Translations under genes and position numbers: made by a program
Notes under the pieces: model-generated
What the model was told of the DNA's origin: nothing
The model's input: the letters and a program-made list of their open reading frames with translations, nothing else
The model's database searches: none
Shown here: piece by piece, positions 23,997 to 32,000 of the stretch
Numbering within the stretch: the first letter of the stretch is position 1
How the letters are laid out: each line of letters begins with the position of its first letter
DNA from: Acaryochloris marina S15
GTDB taxonomy: Bacteria > Cyanobacteriota > Cyanobacteriia > Thermosynechococcales > Thermosynechococcaceae
Assembly: GCF_018336915.1 (NCBI RefSeq)
Contig: NZ_CP064921.1
Span: 30,001 to 62,000, forward strand
Reading direction: 5' to 3'
Length of the DNA: 32,000 bases

Positions 23997-25306
23997 CTTA
24001 GGCGATTTCTGGGAAAGAACTCACGGGATTTTCGGTCACTTGATGCGATAGTAATGCATTGAATCTAACTCTGAGTATGCGTGAACAATTAACGTGGAAT
24101 CAAATTAAAGATCTGAAATTTGCCTCTTCAAAAATGACAGGAATCCGCCGTCGTGCTTTCCAGGCAGACATCGCCCTCAAATACTGTAACGGGAACCCCA
24201 ATCTCACAGAACTGATATTTGGTTGGGGTCGCAATACGGTGGCAACAGGTTTAGGCGAGAAGCGAACAGGGATGATTTGTGCGGGTGCTCAGTCCGGTTT
24301 CTGTGGTAAGAAACGTTGGGAAGACCTTCACCCAGAGGTCGCAACAGCCTTACGGGAACTCGCAGAAGCCCATAGCCAACAAGACCCTACCTTTTCCAGC
24401 TCCACTGCCTATACTCGCTTAACAGCAGCTGCCGCTATCGAACACCTGAGTGGACAAGGGTTTCCTCCCAAGTCTATCCCTGCAAAGAGTACGATGGCCG
24501 TCGTCTTGAATCGGTTAGGCTATCGACTCCGCCCCGTCCTCAAAGCTAAACCCCAAAAAAACTGCCGGAAACTGATGCCATCTTTGACAACCTCAAACAC
24601 AAAGACCAATACGACTCTGACAGCACGGTCAAACGGTTGAGTATTGATTGCAAAGCCACCGTTGAACTGGGGGAGTCTTCGCGTCGGGGCAAGACTCGAA
24701 CCCAAACGCAAGCTTGTGACCACGATATGGGGAGTGGGCCAAAATATATTCCCTGCGGCATCCTAGATGAGGACACCAATACGTTACACATCACCTTTGG
24801 TAATTCCCACAAAACGAGCGATTTTATGGTCGATAATCTCCAGGATTGGTGGAACACCCTTGCCCTCAACGAACAGCAAACCCTTCAGCTCATCCAGATC
24901 AAGTTGGATAACGGTCCTGAGAATAGTGGGGTACGCACTCAGTTCCTCAATCGACTTGTGACCTTTAGCGATCACATCGGCACCGCTATTCACTTGCTGT
25001 ACTATCCGCCCTATCACAGCAAGTACAACCCCATTGAACGATGTTGGGGGATTTTGGAGCAACACTGGAACGGAACTTTGTTAACCGATGTTGATACCCT
25101 GTTGGGATGGGCTAGAACCATGACTTGGAAGGGTAAGCATCCCGTTATAACTTTGACACAGAAGATTTATGAAACAGGGATTTCGTTGACTAAAAAAGCA
25201 ATGAAAGGGATTGAGAAACGATTGGAAAGAAATCCTCAATTACCCAAGTGGGACATCCTCATTAAGCCAATTTAGTCCGTGAGTTCTTTCCCAGAAATCG
25301 CCTTAG
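23997..25306 (+). mobile_element. ISAzo13-family insertion sequence (ends approximate)
   Basis: Perfect 27-bp IR: AGGCGATTTCTGGGAAAGAACTCACGG (24000..24026) against the reverse complement of 25277..25303, with 2-3 further partly matching bases outward. No target duplication recognised. Confidence 0.8.
24059..25275 (+). CDS. ISAzo13-family transposase, two frames joined by a -1 shift at A_AAA_AAC
   Basis: ORF 24059..24640 ends as ..VLKAKPQKNCRKL. Shifting -1 at the A7 run (24555..24561) gives KAKPQKKLPETDAIFDNLKHKDQYDSDSTVKRLSIDCKATVELGESSRRGKTR, which runs into ORF 24637..25275. KK(I/L)PETDAIF is a conserved ISAzo13 transposase motif (recalled). Confidence 0.85.
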
Positions 25307-25651
25307 TACAAATATTATTTGTTGTAAGCCTAAGTCAGGCTCTCTGGGAATTAGCGTGATAGCCGCTAGATATAGTGTTTAGGTCAAGGCAAAAGTCTGA
25401 TACCCATTGAGGTCAAGCGAAATCCTTTGGAAGAGCCTTTCAATATCGAAAATACCGTAGCATCGTCTTTTTAGGACCTTAACTCGGTTGTTAAATCCTT
25501 CGACAAAGCCACTGGTCCATCCCTCCAGAAAATAGTTGGTCATCTCATCCATCCAATTGTTGACAGTGGTCAGGAAACTCTCAAAATCCTTGATGTCACT
25601 TTTGAGGACTCGTTTACACCAAGCCCGGATGGCACATTTAGCTCCGTTTTT

Positions 25652-27026
25652 GTTAGTGTCCCTATTTATTCGCCACGGTTTTTGAGGCGATCATGCTTGG
25701 CATGATCCCTACGAGAGACGAGAAAGAAAATCGCTAAACAGCTCTCCTCATTTGGGAAAGCACCAATTTCGTCAGCCTTGGTTCGGAATTTCCGGAACAG
25801 CCTTTCTAGCGCATTGGAAGTACGAATCAGCGAATGAAGGGATTCATCAAAATCATAGAAACTCAAGGTCAGGGCAAAATCTTTGATGAAGGTTCTAACA
25901 GCATCGGGTTCAAGGTCTGTCCATTTCTGTGCAAACACGAGCAACGTCACAATCGCTTCTTCCCAGTCTGGCGCTTTATAGATAGCATAGGCATCGTGTT
26001 TAATTTGTGAATATCGCAGCTTCTTTGCTTCAGAGTGGGAGAGTTCTTGTCCTTGAGCATCCAGGTGTGGCAATTGCTCATAGCCCAAATGCCGGAGCAT
26101 CGCTCGAACCTTGTGGGTAATGCATCGTTGATGTTGTGCGAGGGGAAACAGAGCGCGAATTACCTTAGGTAGTCCAGTGGTGCCATCACTGACAATCAGC
26201 TTCACCAAATGGGTTTGCAATCCTCGGTGCCGCAGGTGCTCAAAGAACAGTAGCCAGGCTGCCTCAGATTCTTGGACAGCCATTTCGTAATGAAGAACGG
26301 TTTGTGTCCCATCTGGCCATATCGCCATGGCCACTAAGATGACTCGGTCTTCCGCACGACGTAGCTTCCGGATATGTCCAGCTTGGTCTTCCCAAAAGTC
26401 TTCGGAGGCGCATTGAACACTCGCCCACACTCCATCAACAATCAGAATAAAAGGGGTTTTCTCAAGACGAGTTTGACGACTTTGGAGCATTTGCTTCTGA
26501 GCTTTGAGAGTAATCCGGTTAATGGCATTCACGGATAAAACTGCTCCCAGGATCTCATAGAGAGCTTCTTGCAAGTCTCGAAGCGATAAACCCATGACAT
26601 ACAAGCCCAGGCAAAACTCTAGAAGGCTACCGAGGGCTCGTTGGTAACGCTCTAGAATCTTCCACTCTCGGTCTGCATTCCCTTTCCGTAGTTTCGGGAC
26701 AGATAGTTGAGCAATCCTGCCGTACTGGGTATCAAGAACCCGCTGATAATAGCCTGAACGTCGAGGGCGAGTCCCTTGAAGCTCTGATAGATAAGCTTGG
26801 ACTTCTTCGTCTAGTGCTGACTCTACTGCTATCTGGGTAACTCGGTTAGCCTCAAGGCGCAGGGTTGCTTCTAAAGCTTTGTTAATAGAGGCATATGAAC
26901 TTTGAGACTGGATACGGATAATCTGCTGCTCACGTTGGGAAATGTTCATCAAGGAGTGCTCCGAATTCTCTATTATCAGAGCATTTCAGCTATTCCAGCT
27001 CATGGCGAATAAATCAAGACACTAAC
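25652..27026 (-). mobile_element. IS256-family insertion sequence, 1375 bp, nested in the ISL3 transposase gene
   Basis: IRs: GTTAGTGTCCCTATTTATTCGCCACGG (25652..25678) against GTTAGTGTCTTGATTTATTCGCCATGG, the complement of 27000..27026 (23/27). Perfect 8-bp target duplication CCGTTTTT (25644..25651 and 27027..27034). Confidence 0.9.
25666..26952 (-). CDS. IS256-family (Mutator-type) transposase
   Basis: 428-aa intact ORF. RPRRSGYYQRVLDTQYGRIAQLSVPKLRKG, LIVDGVWASV and ITHKVRAMLRH fit IS256-type transposases. Confidence 0.9.
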   Translation of the reverse strand: MMNISQREQQIIRIQSQSSYASINKALEATLRLEANRVTQIAVESALDEEVQAYLSELQGTRPRRSGYYQRVLDTQYGRIAQLSVPKLRKGNADREWKILERYQRALGSLLEFCLGLYVMGLSLRDLQEALYEILGAVLSVNAINRITLKAQKQMLQSRQTRLEKTPFILIVDGVWASVQCASEDFWEDQAGHIRKLRRAEDRVILVAMAIWPDGTQTVLHYEMAVQESEAAWLLFFEHLRHRGLQTHLVKLIVSDGTTGLPKVIRALFPLAQHQRCITHKVRAMLRHLGYEQLPHLDAQGQELSHSEAKKLRYSQIKHDAYAIYKAPDWEEAIVTLLVFAQKWTDLEPDAVRTFIKDFALTLSFYDFDESLHSLIRTSNALERLFRKFRTKADEIGAFPNEESCLAIFFLVSRRDHAKHDRLKNRGE

Positions 27027-28232
27027 CCGTTTTTGGTGTACCTACCCTCAAATATCTGTGTCAATTCCTCTCGGAGTTTGTAGGCCTGCTTCATCTCAGG
27101 AGAATAAGCAAACACTCGCTCAAGCAACTGTTGTTCTGACTCCTGGAGATTCTCAGGCCGTTTTCGAAAGGCCCACATCGCACCTTTGATACTGTCATAG
27201 TCTTGCTTAGGGAGTTCTTGGCGTAGACGTTTGACCTCCCGTTTACGAACTGTATCGGCACAATTACGATAGGCTTTGGCCACATGAAAGCGGTCAATGA
27301 CAATTTTTGTTTGAGGGAGTTGTTCACGGATTGCACTGACAAATCCTTGATACATATCAGTACAAACCCGCTCAATGGTTTGGCGTAAATGAAGGGGAAT
27401 CGATTGAAGAAAATTTGCAACGGTCTGTTGTTTGCGGTCGGCCAGAACTGCCAATATGTCGACTCCGCCTGTGGTAGGAATCGTGATCAAAACTACAAAA
27501 TCACGGTGGCCTCTTTTCAGAGAAATCTCGTCAATCCCGATAACCTTGAGATCTAAATATTCGCTCCAGTCAACTTGACAGGCAATCCAGCGATCAATGG
27601 TGCCACTGACGACATCCTCACTAACGCCTAGTTTTCTAGCAACATCTGAGACCGTTGAGTTGATCAGGATACGCAGAAGCCAATGCTCATAAGCTTTTGT
27701 ATTGGGACTGCGAGGTTCATGCCATTCTAAGCGTTGAGTTGTTGTGGGATGGTCATCGCAATACCCGCATCGATAGCGCTTGGGCCGAATTTCTAAATAC
27801 ACTGGTACTTCGAACAATGGCAAGTGACGAATTCGAAGAGCCTGATCATGGCAATGAAGGTCAGTAATCTCATGTCCACATTTGTGGCAGGTTGTTCCTT
27901 GCAGAGTACTCTCAATTTTGATCAGCCAATCCCCTCGTTCCGTCTTCGATAGCTCTAGAACTTGAACATCGGGAAGGTTGAGGGGAATGCGAATTGAGTT
28001 ATCCATGACACTCTCGTTCTGAAGTACCTCCTCAGATCATTCCATAGGGATGACTAAGGAATAAACACTATATGTAGGGTGTCACCACGCTAATTACCGG
28101 AGAGCCAAAAAACTACGACCATCTTGATCGAAGAATCCAAAGCTGAAAATTGGCTTTGAAGCAAAGTGAGGGGCTAAATTTAATCGTTTGAGTATTTGCG
28201 TGGGTAATATATCCAATCTAATCGCGCTTAAC

Positions 28233-28694
28233 TCAACATGGGTTCAGGTAAATTGGAGCCTTACGAGATGGATAAGTAAGGGCAGCAATCAGTAATATCG
28301 ACAGGTCAAATAGCACTTGTAGGGAAAAAGCTACCAGATTCTTCAGCATCACAAAGAAACCCATCAACAATATTTTCAGTAGATGGCACCCCGCTTGTGC
28401 TGCTAATGGAGACTTAAACCGAATCAGCTTCCCTGGTAAGAACAAAAACAATGATAACGCCATCGCATTGACCAGCAATAAGCCTAACAGTAAGTAACCC
28501 CCAATACCCGCTAGCAATGATCCTTTTTGGATAGAGGGTAGCAACTTGATAAATGCAGCCAACAGACCCAACATACTTAAAGGGGCCAACCAATTGGGAA
28601 GTTCAATCCCCAAAACGAAGTGCTCTAGCATCTGAAAGGCTTTGTTCAAGACTGCCTGAAACAGTTCCTCTTTGCGATCAAACATGGCCCACAC
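28233..28694 (-). CDS. hypothetical integral membrane protein
   Basis: 153-aa ORF with about 4 hydrophobic helices (LAPLSMLGLLAAFIKLL, GGYLLLGLLLVNAMALSLFLFL, LLKILLMGFFVML, VLFDLSILLIAAL). No family recognised. Confidence 0.5.
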   Translation of the reverse strand: MWAMFDRKEELFQAVLNKAFQMLEHFVLGIELPNWLAPLSMLGLLAAFIKLLPSIQKGSLLAGIGGYLLLGLLLVNAMALSLFLFLPGKLIRFKSPLAAQAGCHLLKILLMGFFVMLKNLVAFSLQVLFDLSILLIAALTYPSRKAPIYLNPC

Positions 28695-28839
28695 CTGATG
28701 ACGTTGCAGCCATGATAGTCACACTTTTAGTTTTGTCAATTGTTTTGCTGTATCTACCTAATAGACCTCTGACACCATGAGTAAGAGAGGGTAGGTACGT
28801 TCAGGCTTTTGGGTTAGTGAACAATCCCTGAAATGAACA

Positions 28840-28867
28840 CATTTGCAACTATTTCTAGTTGCAAATG
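28840..28867. promoter_or_regulatory. perfect 12-bp-arm palindrome upstream of hicA (candidate HicB operator)
   Basis: CATTTGCAACTA (28840..28851), TTTC spacer, then TAGTTGCAAATG (28856..28867). It ends 18 bp before the first possible hicA start. Confidence 0.5.
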
Positions 28868-28885
28868 TTGAGAAACCTTTAGATA

Positions 28886-29164
28886 ATGAGAATAGCGCTG
28901 GTACTGAGCATGACCCGGAAAGAAAAGCTCATCAAACGTTTCCTCACACGCCCTAAAGACTTTACCTGGGATGAGTTGGTTGTTCTATTGTCCATCTTTC
29001 AATTTTCTGAAGTCTCCACCGGTAAAACTGGCGGGTCTAGGAGACGTTTCATTAATTCAGATGGCCTTGTCATCAGTCTTCATAAACCTCATCCGCGCAA
29101 CCTATTGAAGAAATATCAAATTGAACAAGTCATCGACATTTTAGAGGAGGAAAGGCTGATATGA
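28886..29164 (+). CDS. hicA: HicA-family toxin (mRNA interferase), long-N-terminus subtype
   Basis: MTRKEKLIKRFLTRPKDFTWDELVVLLSIFQFSEVSTGKTGGSRRRFINSDGLVISLHKPHPRNLLKKYQ matches the HicA subtype with the LHKPHP motif. The likely start is ATG 28910. The stop overlaps the hicB ATG (ATGA at 29161..29164). Confidence 0.8.
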   Translation: MRIALVLSMTRKEKLIKRFLTRPKDFTWDELVVLLSIFQFSEVSTGKTGGSRRRFINSDGLVISLHKPHPRNLLKKYQIEQVIDILEEERLI

Positions 29165-29311
29165 AAAATATGATCGAATATCAAGGTTATTTTGGATCTG
29201 TCCATTTCAGCAACGAAGATGAAGTGTTTTATGGCAAGGTTGAGTTCATCCGCAGCCTAATTAGCTATGAAGGGACTGATGTTCAATCACTCAAAGCAGC
29301 TTTTCAAGAAG

Positions 29312-30818
29312 CTGACTTTTCCTGCTAAGTCTCCTGGGTAGCTAACAGCCAGCCTTCAATCAGGTCATTGAGCTTCGCCCACCCTTTCCACAGAACTTGA
29401 ATTCCAATCGGTGTGTTTCGACGATGCTCCAGATATCCCCCGAGTCGTGCAACTGCTTGAACAGCCCATGCCACCGTTAATGTTTTAGGTACCTTCGGGG
29501 TCTTGGCAATGAGAACTTTGATCTGTAAAGGCGTGAGGACATCTTGTGCAGGTAATTGAGGTTGTGTTCGTTCTAAATAAGTCACACGCAACAGCTCTAC
29601 AGCAGTGATACACAGGAATCCCAATAAGGTTTTCATTCCCTCAGATGCCAACCGATATCGCTCCACCTGAGTGCCCGATTTTAGAACTTTGTGATACTCC
29701 TCAACTCGCCAACGGTAGGTGTACCAACGCAAAATGGTTTGGGCCATTTCTACTGTTGTCACGACTTCACTAGTGAGCAACATCCATGACACTGCTTCTT
29801 CCCCTTCAGGTGGGGCTACTTCTGTTGCATAGACAGCGTAAACCTGAAGGGGGTGACTGGCAGCTAGTCGGGCTGGTCTTTGAAGTTCAACAAGACAACA
29901 TCTCACAGCTAACTTAGCCGTGCGCGCACTCCGGCCTTTCGTTTTAGGTAAGTCAATCTCATACTCGAACTGAACACTCTGGGCTTCCAGCTTTTCCCAC
30001 AGGCGATTAGGATCGTGTTCTAGACAACGATTATGAGAGGCTCTAACCACGAGTCCCGTATTGTCTAGGGTATTGAGTCGTTCAAAGACTTCAGCAATGT
30101 CTCCTTCTCGGTCAAAGACATGAATGATACGAGTTGAAGGACCCACAGCTTTCTCCACTGCGTGCAGTGCTTCCACCCAACGATAGGATTCTTTTTCCTC
30201 AAATAGACGCTCCCGAGCAGTTTTACGCGCTTTGGTCTGACGTTTCTTCTTTTGTCGGGACGTTTCATTCTTCGGGGGCTTGGGGCGATGCTGACGATTC
30301 CACACTTTTTGCCATAACAAACCCAAGGGTTGGCCCTGCTCAGGGTCAACGGCTAAGGCACTATGGAGTAATAATCCATTCCCCCCTCTGCCTTGGGGAC
30401 CATAGCCTTGGCGCTTCTGCTTGATACCTTCATAGTCGAGGAAGGTGGTGTCGCCAACACTCAAGGTCATCTCTTGCGACGATACGCTACAAGCGGTCAT
30501 AGAACAATGAGGAGAAATAATCTTAGCGAAGCTGGTTTTCACATTTGCGAAAACTCGTAAGACCGTTTGAGGGCTTTCCCAGTCTCAAATACGGTCGATA
30601 GGGCTTGACCAAATTTCTCACTCAGAGAACGACCGATACTGAATGCACGGTGATTCAATCGTTGATCACCCAACTCACAGGTTCCAAAATTTTGCTCATA
30701 ACGCTCTGGACTCATTAGATGCTCCCTGGGTATCACTGCACTTACTTTAACCAAGGCTGAGACTAAGGGCTACAAATACCACCCACTAAGCACTGGAAGA
30801 CTTAGCAGGAAAAGTCAG
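29312..30818 (-). mobile_element. IS4-family (Tn5-like) insertion sequence, 1507 bp, inside hicB
   Basis: Perfect 21-bp IRs: CTGACTTTTCCTGCTAAGTCT (29312..29332) against the reverse complement of 30798..30818. Perfect 10-bp target duplication TTTCAAGAAG (29302..29311 and 30819..30828). Confidence 0.92.
29325..30754 (-). CDS. IS4-family DDE transposase, frame-broken near the N-terminus
   Basis: ORF 30754..30539 (..ELGDQRLNHR..KALKRSYEFSQM*) and ORF 30542..29325 (VKTSFAKIISPH...WYTYRWRVEEYHKVLK) overlap at ATGTGA. One extra A in the run complementary to 30544..30546 would give a continuous ..SYEFSQNVKTSFAKIISPH.. Confidence 0.85.
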
Positions 30819-31263
30819 TTTCAAGAAGCCATTGATGAGTATCTAACCGATTGTGCTGAAAACGCAATAGAGCCTGAGCACTCCTTCAAGGGGAGCTTCA
30901 ATATCCGACCTGGAACTCAGCTCCATAGACAAGCTGCGATCGCAGCTCAGCAGCGGGGAATCAATCTCAATGCTCTTGTAACTGAAGCGCTAGAGAACTA
31001 TCTACAGCCATCGAAGTAGCTCCCACCGATCACCCCCAACACTTCGCCACCCGCTCCCGATCCAACCACACTCCGACCATTTCCTCAATCCACTCAATTG
31101 CTTCATTTAGCTGCAGCTCAACCACCTGTAAGATATTAAGCGTGTCTTCCAGCTCTGGACTTTTAAACGAAATTTTGATGAGCGACTTTTTTCCCTCAAC
31201 TGTGATCCAGAATTGCCTAATACATTAGTCTACTATCAGAGCCTTTGAAACAATTGCACTCTC

Positions 31264-31848
31264 ATGCCCATAACCTACACCAACCGGAAGCAGAAAACGT
31301 TTTATTTGCATCAGGGCAAGACTAAAACAGGTAAACCCAAATGCCACTTCTCAATGAAGGCTGAGGGAGTATTAGCCGAGGCCATCCCAGAAGGATTTGA
31401 AATCTATGAAAATCCTAATGCCCAAGTTTTCTTGAGGAAGATTCCGCCAAAGCTGATCACCGATCAGGAATTATGCCTTGTTAAGGATGGAATGGAGAAA
31501 TATTCCCATGCAGATAAATACATAGTTGATGTTAAGAAAGAGGCTATAAGTATTTTTACTCCAACTCAGAATGTTTCTGCCCTTTCAGAGTTTCTCGTTC
31601 CAACAGCTCAGGCTCTAGGAAAAACTCAAGAGGACTTACAAAAACTCCTCCAACAGGTGCTGTCTTATTCCTGTGGTTTTAGGTTCATTTTGGTGGACAA
31701 ACAGCAGCGACTCTTTCAAGCCCAGAGATATTGCTATCTAGGTTCCATTGACGATTGGATAGAGATTGGTTCCACCGACCAACTCGAAATTCTGGTAAAA
31801 AATTATGCAAAACATATTGACCAGGACTCCATGTATGAATTGCTATGA
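31264..31848 (+). CDS. hypothetical protein
   Basis: 194-aa ORF with an ATG start (MPITYTNRKQKTFYLHQGKTKTGKPKCHF...). It resembles a conserved cyanobacterial hypothetical family as far as I can recall. No functional motif recognised. Confidence 0.55.
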   Translation: MPITYTNRKQKTFYLHQGKTKTGKPKCHFSMKAEGVLAEAIPEGFEIYENPNAQVFLRKIPPKLITDQELCLVKDGMEKYSHADKYIVDVKKEAISIFTPTQNVSALSEFLVPTAQALGKTQEDLQKLLQQVLSYSCGFRFILVDKQQRLFQAQRYCYLGSIDDWIEIGSTDQLEILVKNYAKHIDQDSMYELL

Positions 31849-32000
31849 GAGTAAATTTATACTAAGAAAATATAATCTTTTCCGGGTGACTTTGCAGTAA
31901 GACAGGAATGATAGTAGTTTCACGGTAGCCTCTCAGATATACAATTCTGTTGGAGTTAAAATGTTCAAAGTTAAGTCATATGTTTCTAGGCTTCTGCTAA

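Larger units (their letters stand above)
25379..28006 (-). pseudogene. ISL3-family transposase split by the IS256 insertion
   Basis: N-terminal part 28006..27027 (MDNSIRIPLNLPDVQVLE...CHKCGHEI...IFEGRYTKNG). C-terminal part 25651..25379 (AKCAIRAWCKRVLKSDIKDFESFLTTVNNWMDEMTNYFLEGWTSGFVEGFNNRVKVLKRRCYGIFDIERLFQRISLDLNGYQTFALT*). The parts are in frame once the IS256 element and one copy of CCGTTTTT are removed. Confidence 0.85.
25338..28106 (-). mobile_element. ISL3-family insertion sequence carrying a nested IS256-family insertion
   Basis: IRs: GGCTCTCTGGGAATTAGCGTGATAGCCGCTAGATATAGTGTTT starting at 25338, against GGCTCTCCGGTAATTAGCGTGGTGACACCCTACATATAGTGTTT, the complement ending at 28106. 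GGCTCT is the typical ISL3 end. The flanks (CTAAGTCA / AAAAAACT) show no duplication. Confidence 0.8.
29161..31020 (+). pseudogene. hicB: HicB-family antitoxin, disrupted by an IS insertion plus a 1-nt frameshift
   Basis: 5' part 29161..29311 (MKNMIEYQGYFGSVHFSNEDEVFYGKVEFIRSLISYEGTDVQSLKAAFQEA). It continues in frame at 30829 (IDEYLTDCAENAIEPEHSFKGSFNIRPGTQLHRQAAIAAQQRG). The RHH-like end INLNALVTEALENYLQPSK* (to 31020) is reached only if the A3 run at 30959..30961 is read as A2. As written, the interrupted gene stops at 29326..29328. Confidence 0.8.

Noticed and set aside
23836-24051. 71-codon ORF between IS copy 2 and the ISAzo13 transposase
   Set aside because: It runs across the ISAzo13 left terminal repeat (24000..24026), and it is hydrophobic, AT-rich and without motifs.
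24520-25065. ORFs 24520..24723(-), 24546..24869(-), 24767..24961(+) and 24784..25065(-)
   Set aside because: They are shadow frames within the ISAzo13 transposase gene.
28553-28780. ORF 28553..28780(+)
   Set aside because: It is antisense to the membrane-protein gene and has no start context or motifs.
30065-30424. ORFs 30065..30349(-) and 30134..30424(+)
   Set aside because: They are alternative-frame or antisense ORFs inside the IS4-type transposase gene.
1-32000. CRISPR array, tRNA, rRNA or tmRNA genes
   Set aside because: I saw no regularly spaced direct repeats of 25-40 bp, no cloverleaf-like GC-rich segments and no rRNA-like conserved blocks. All long repeats are explained by IS copies or terminal inverted repeats.

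Overview
The window looks cyanobacterial: HIP1 GCGATCGC sites are scattered through it, and it carries a cyAbrB-type regulator and a sigma-like/DUF1822 gene pair. It reads as an accessory region saturated with insertion sequences. No rRNA, tRNA or CRISPR array was seen.

Layout:
- 1-4.1 kb: a same-strand redox/hydrolase cluster of FMN reductase, isochorismatase-like hydrolase, secreted SnoaL-like protein, two Asp-nucleophile alpha/beta hydrolases and an ABM monooxygenase. An IS4-type element with a 10-bp target duplication cuts the 3' end of the ABM gene.
- 5.7-6.0 kb: an OprB-porin gene remnant.
- 6.1-7.6 kb and 22.3-23.8 kb: two near-identical 1486-bp IS copies (tentatively ISKra4-like). Each has its own 9-bp target duplication, and both carry the same in-frame TGA in the transposase.
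- 7.6-22.3 kb, between those copies: an MFS transporter, an IS6 transposase, a 1.2-kb ORF-poor AT-rich stretch and a secreted trypsin-like protease fused to TPR repeats. Next come a 491-bp MITE truncating a DUF1822 gene beside its sigma-70-like partner, and an IS4 transposase fragment abutting a 138-bp inverted-repeat element. The segment ends with an NfeD/tandem-flotillin operon, a divergently transcribed HTH-NACHT STAND NTPase with an unassigned C-terminal region, and a cyAbrB regulator.
- 22.3-30.8 kb: an IS pile-up of the second ISKra4-like copy, an ISAzo13-like element with an A_AAA_AAC frame break, an ISL3 element split by a nested IS256 element with an 8-bp duplication, and an IS4-type element inside hicB.
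- hicA appears intact, while hicB carries both the IS insertion and a 1-nt frameshift.

Most worth follow-up are the HTH-NACHT / flotillin-NfeD divergent pair, the decayed sigma-like/DUF1822/protease-TPR module, and the twin IS copies sharing an in-frame stop.

Limits: all protein family calls come from motif recognition by eye, with no database search. Several frame breaks sit in homopolymer runs, so sequencing error must be excluded.
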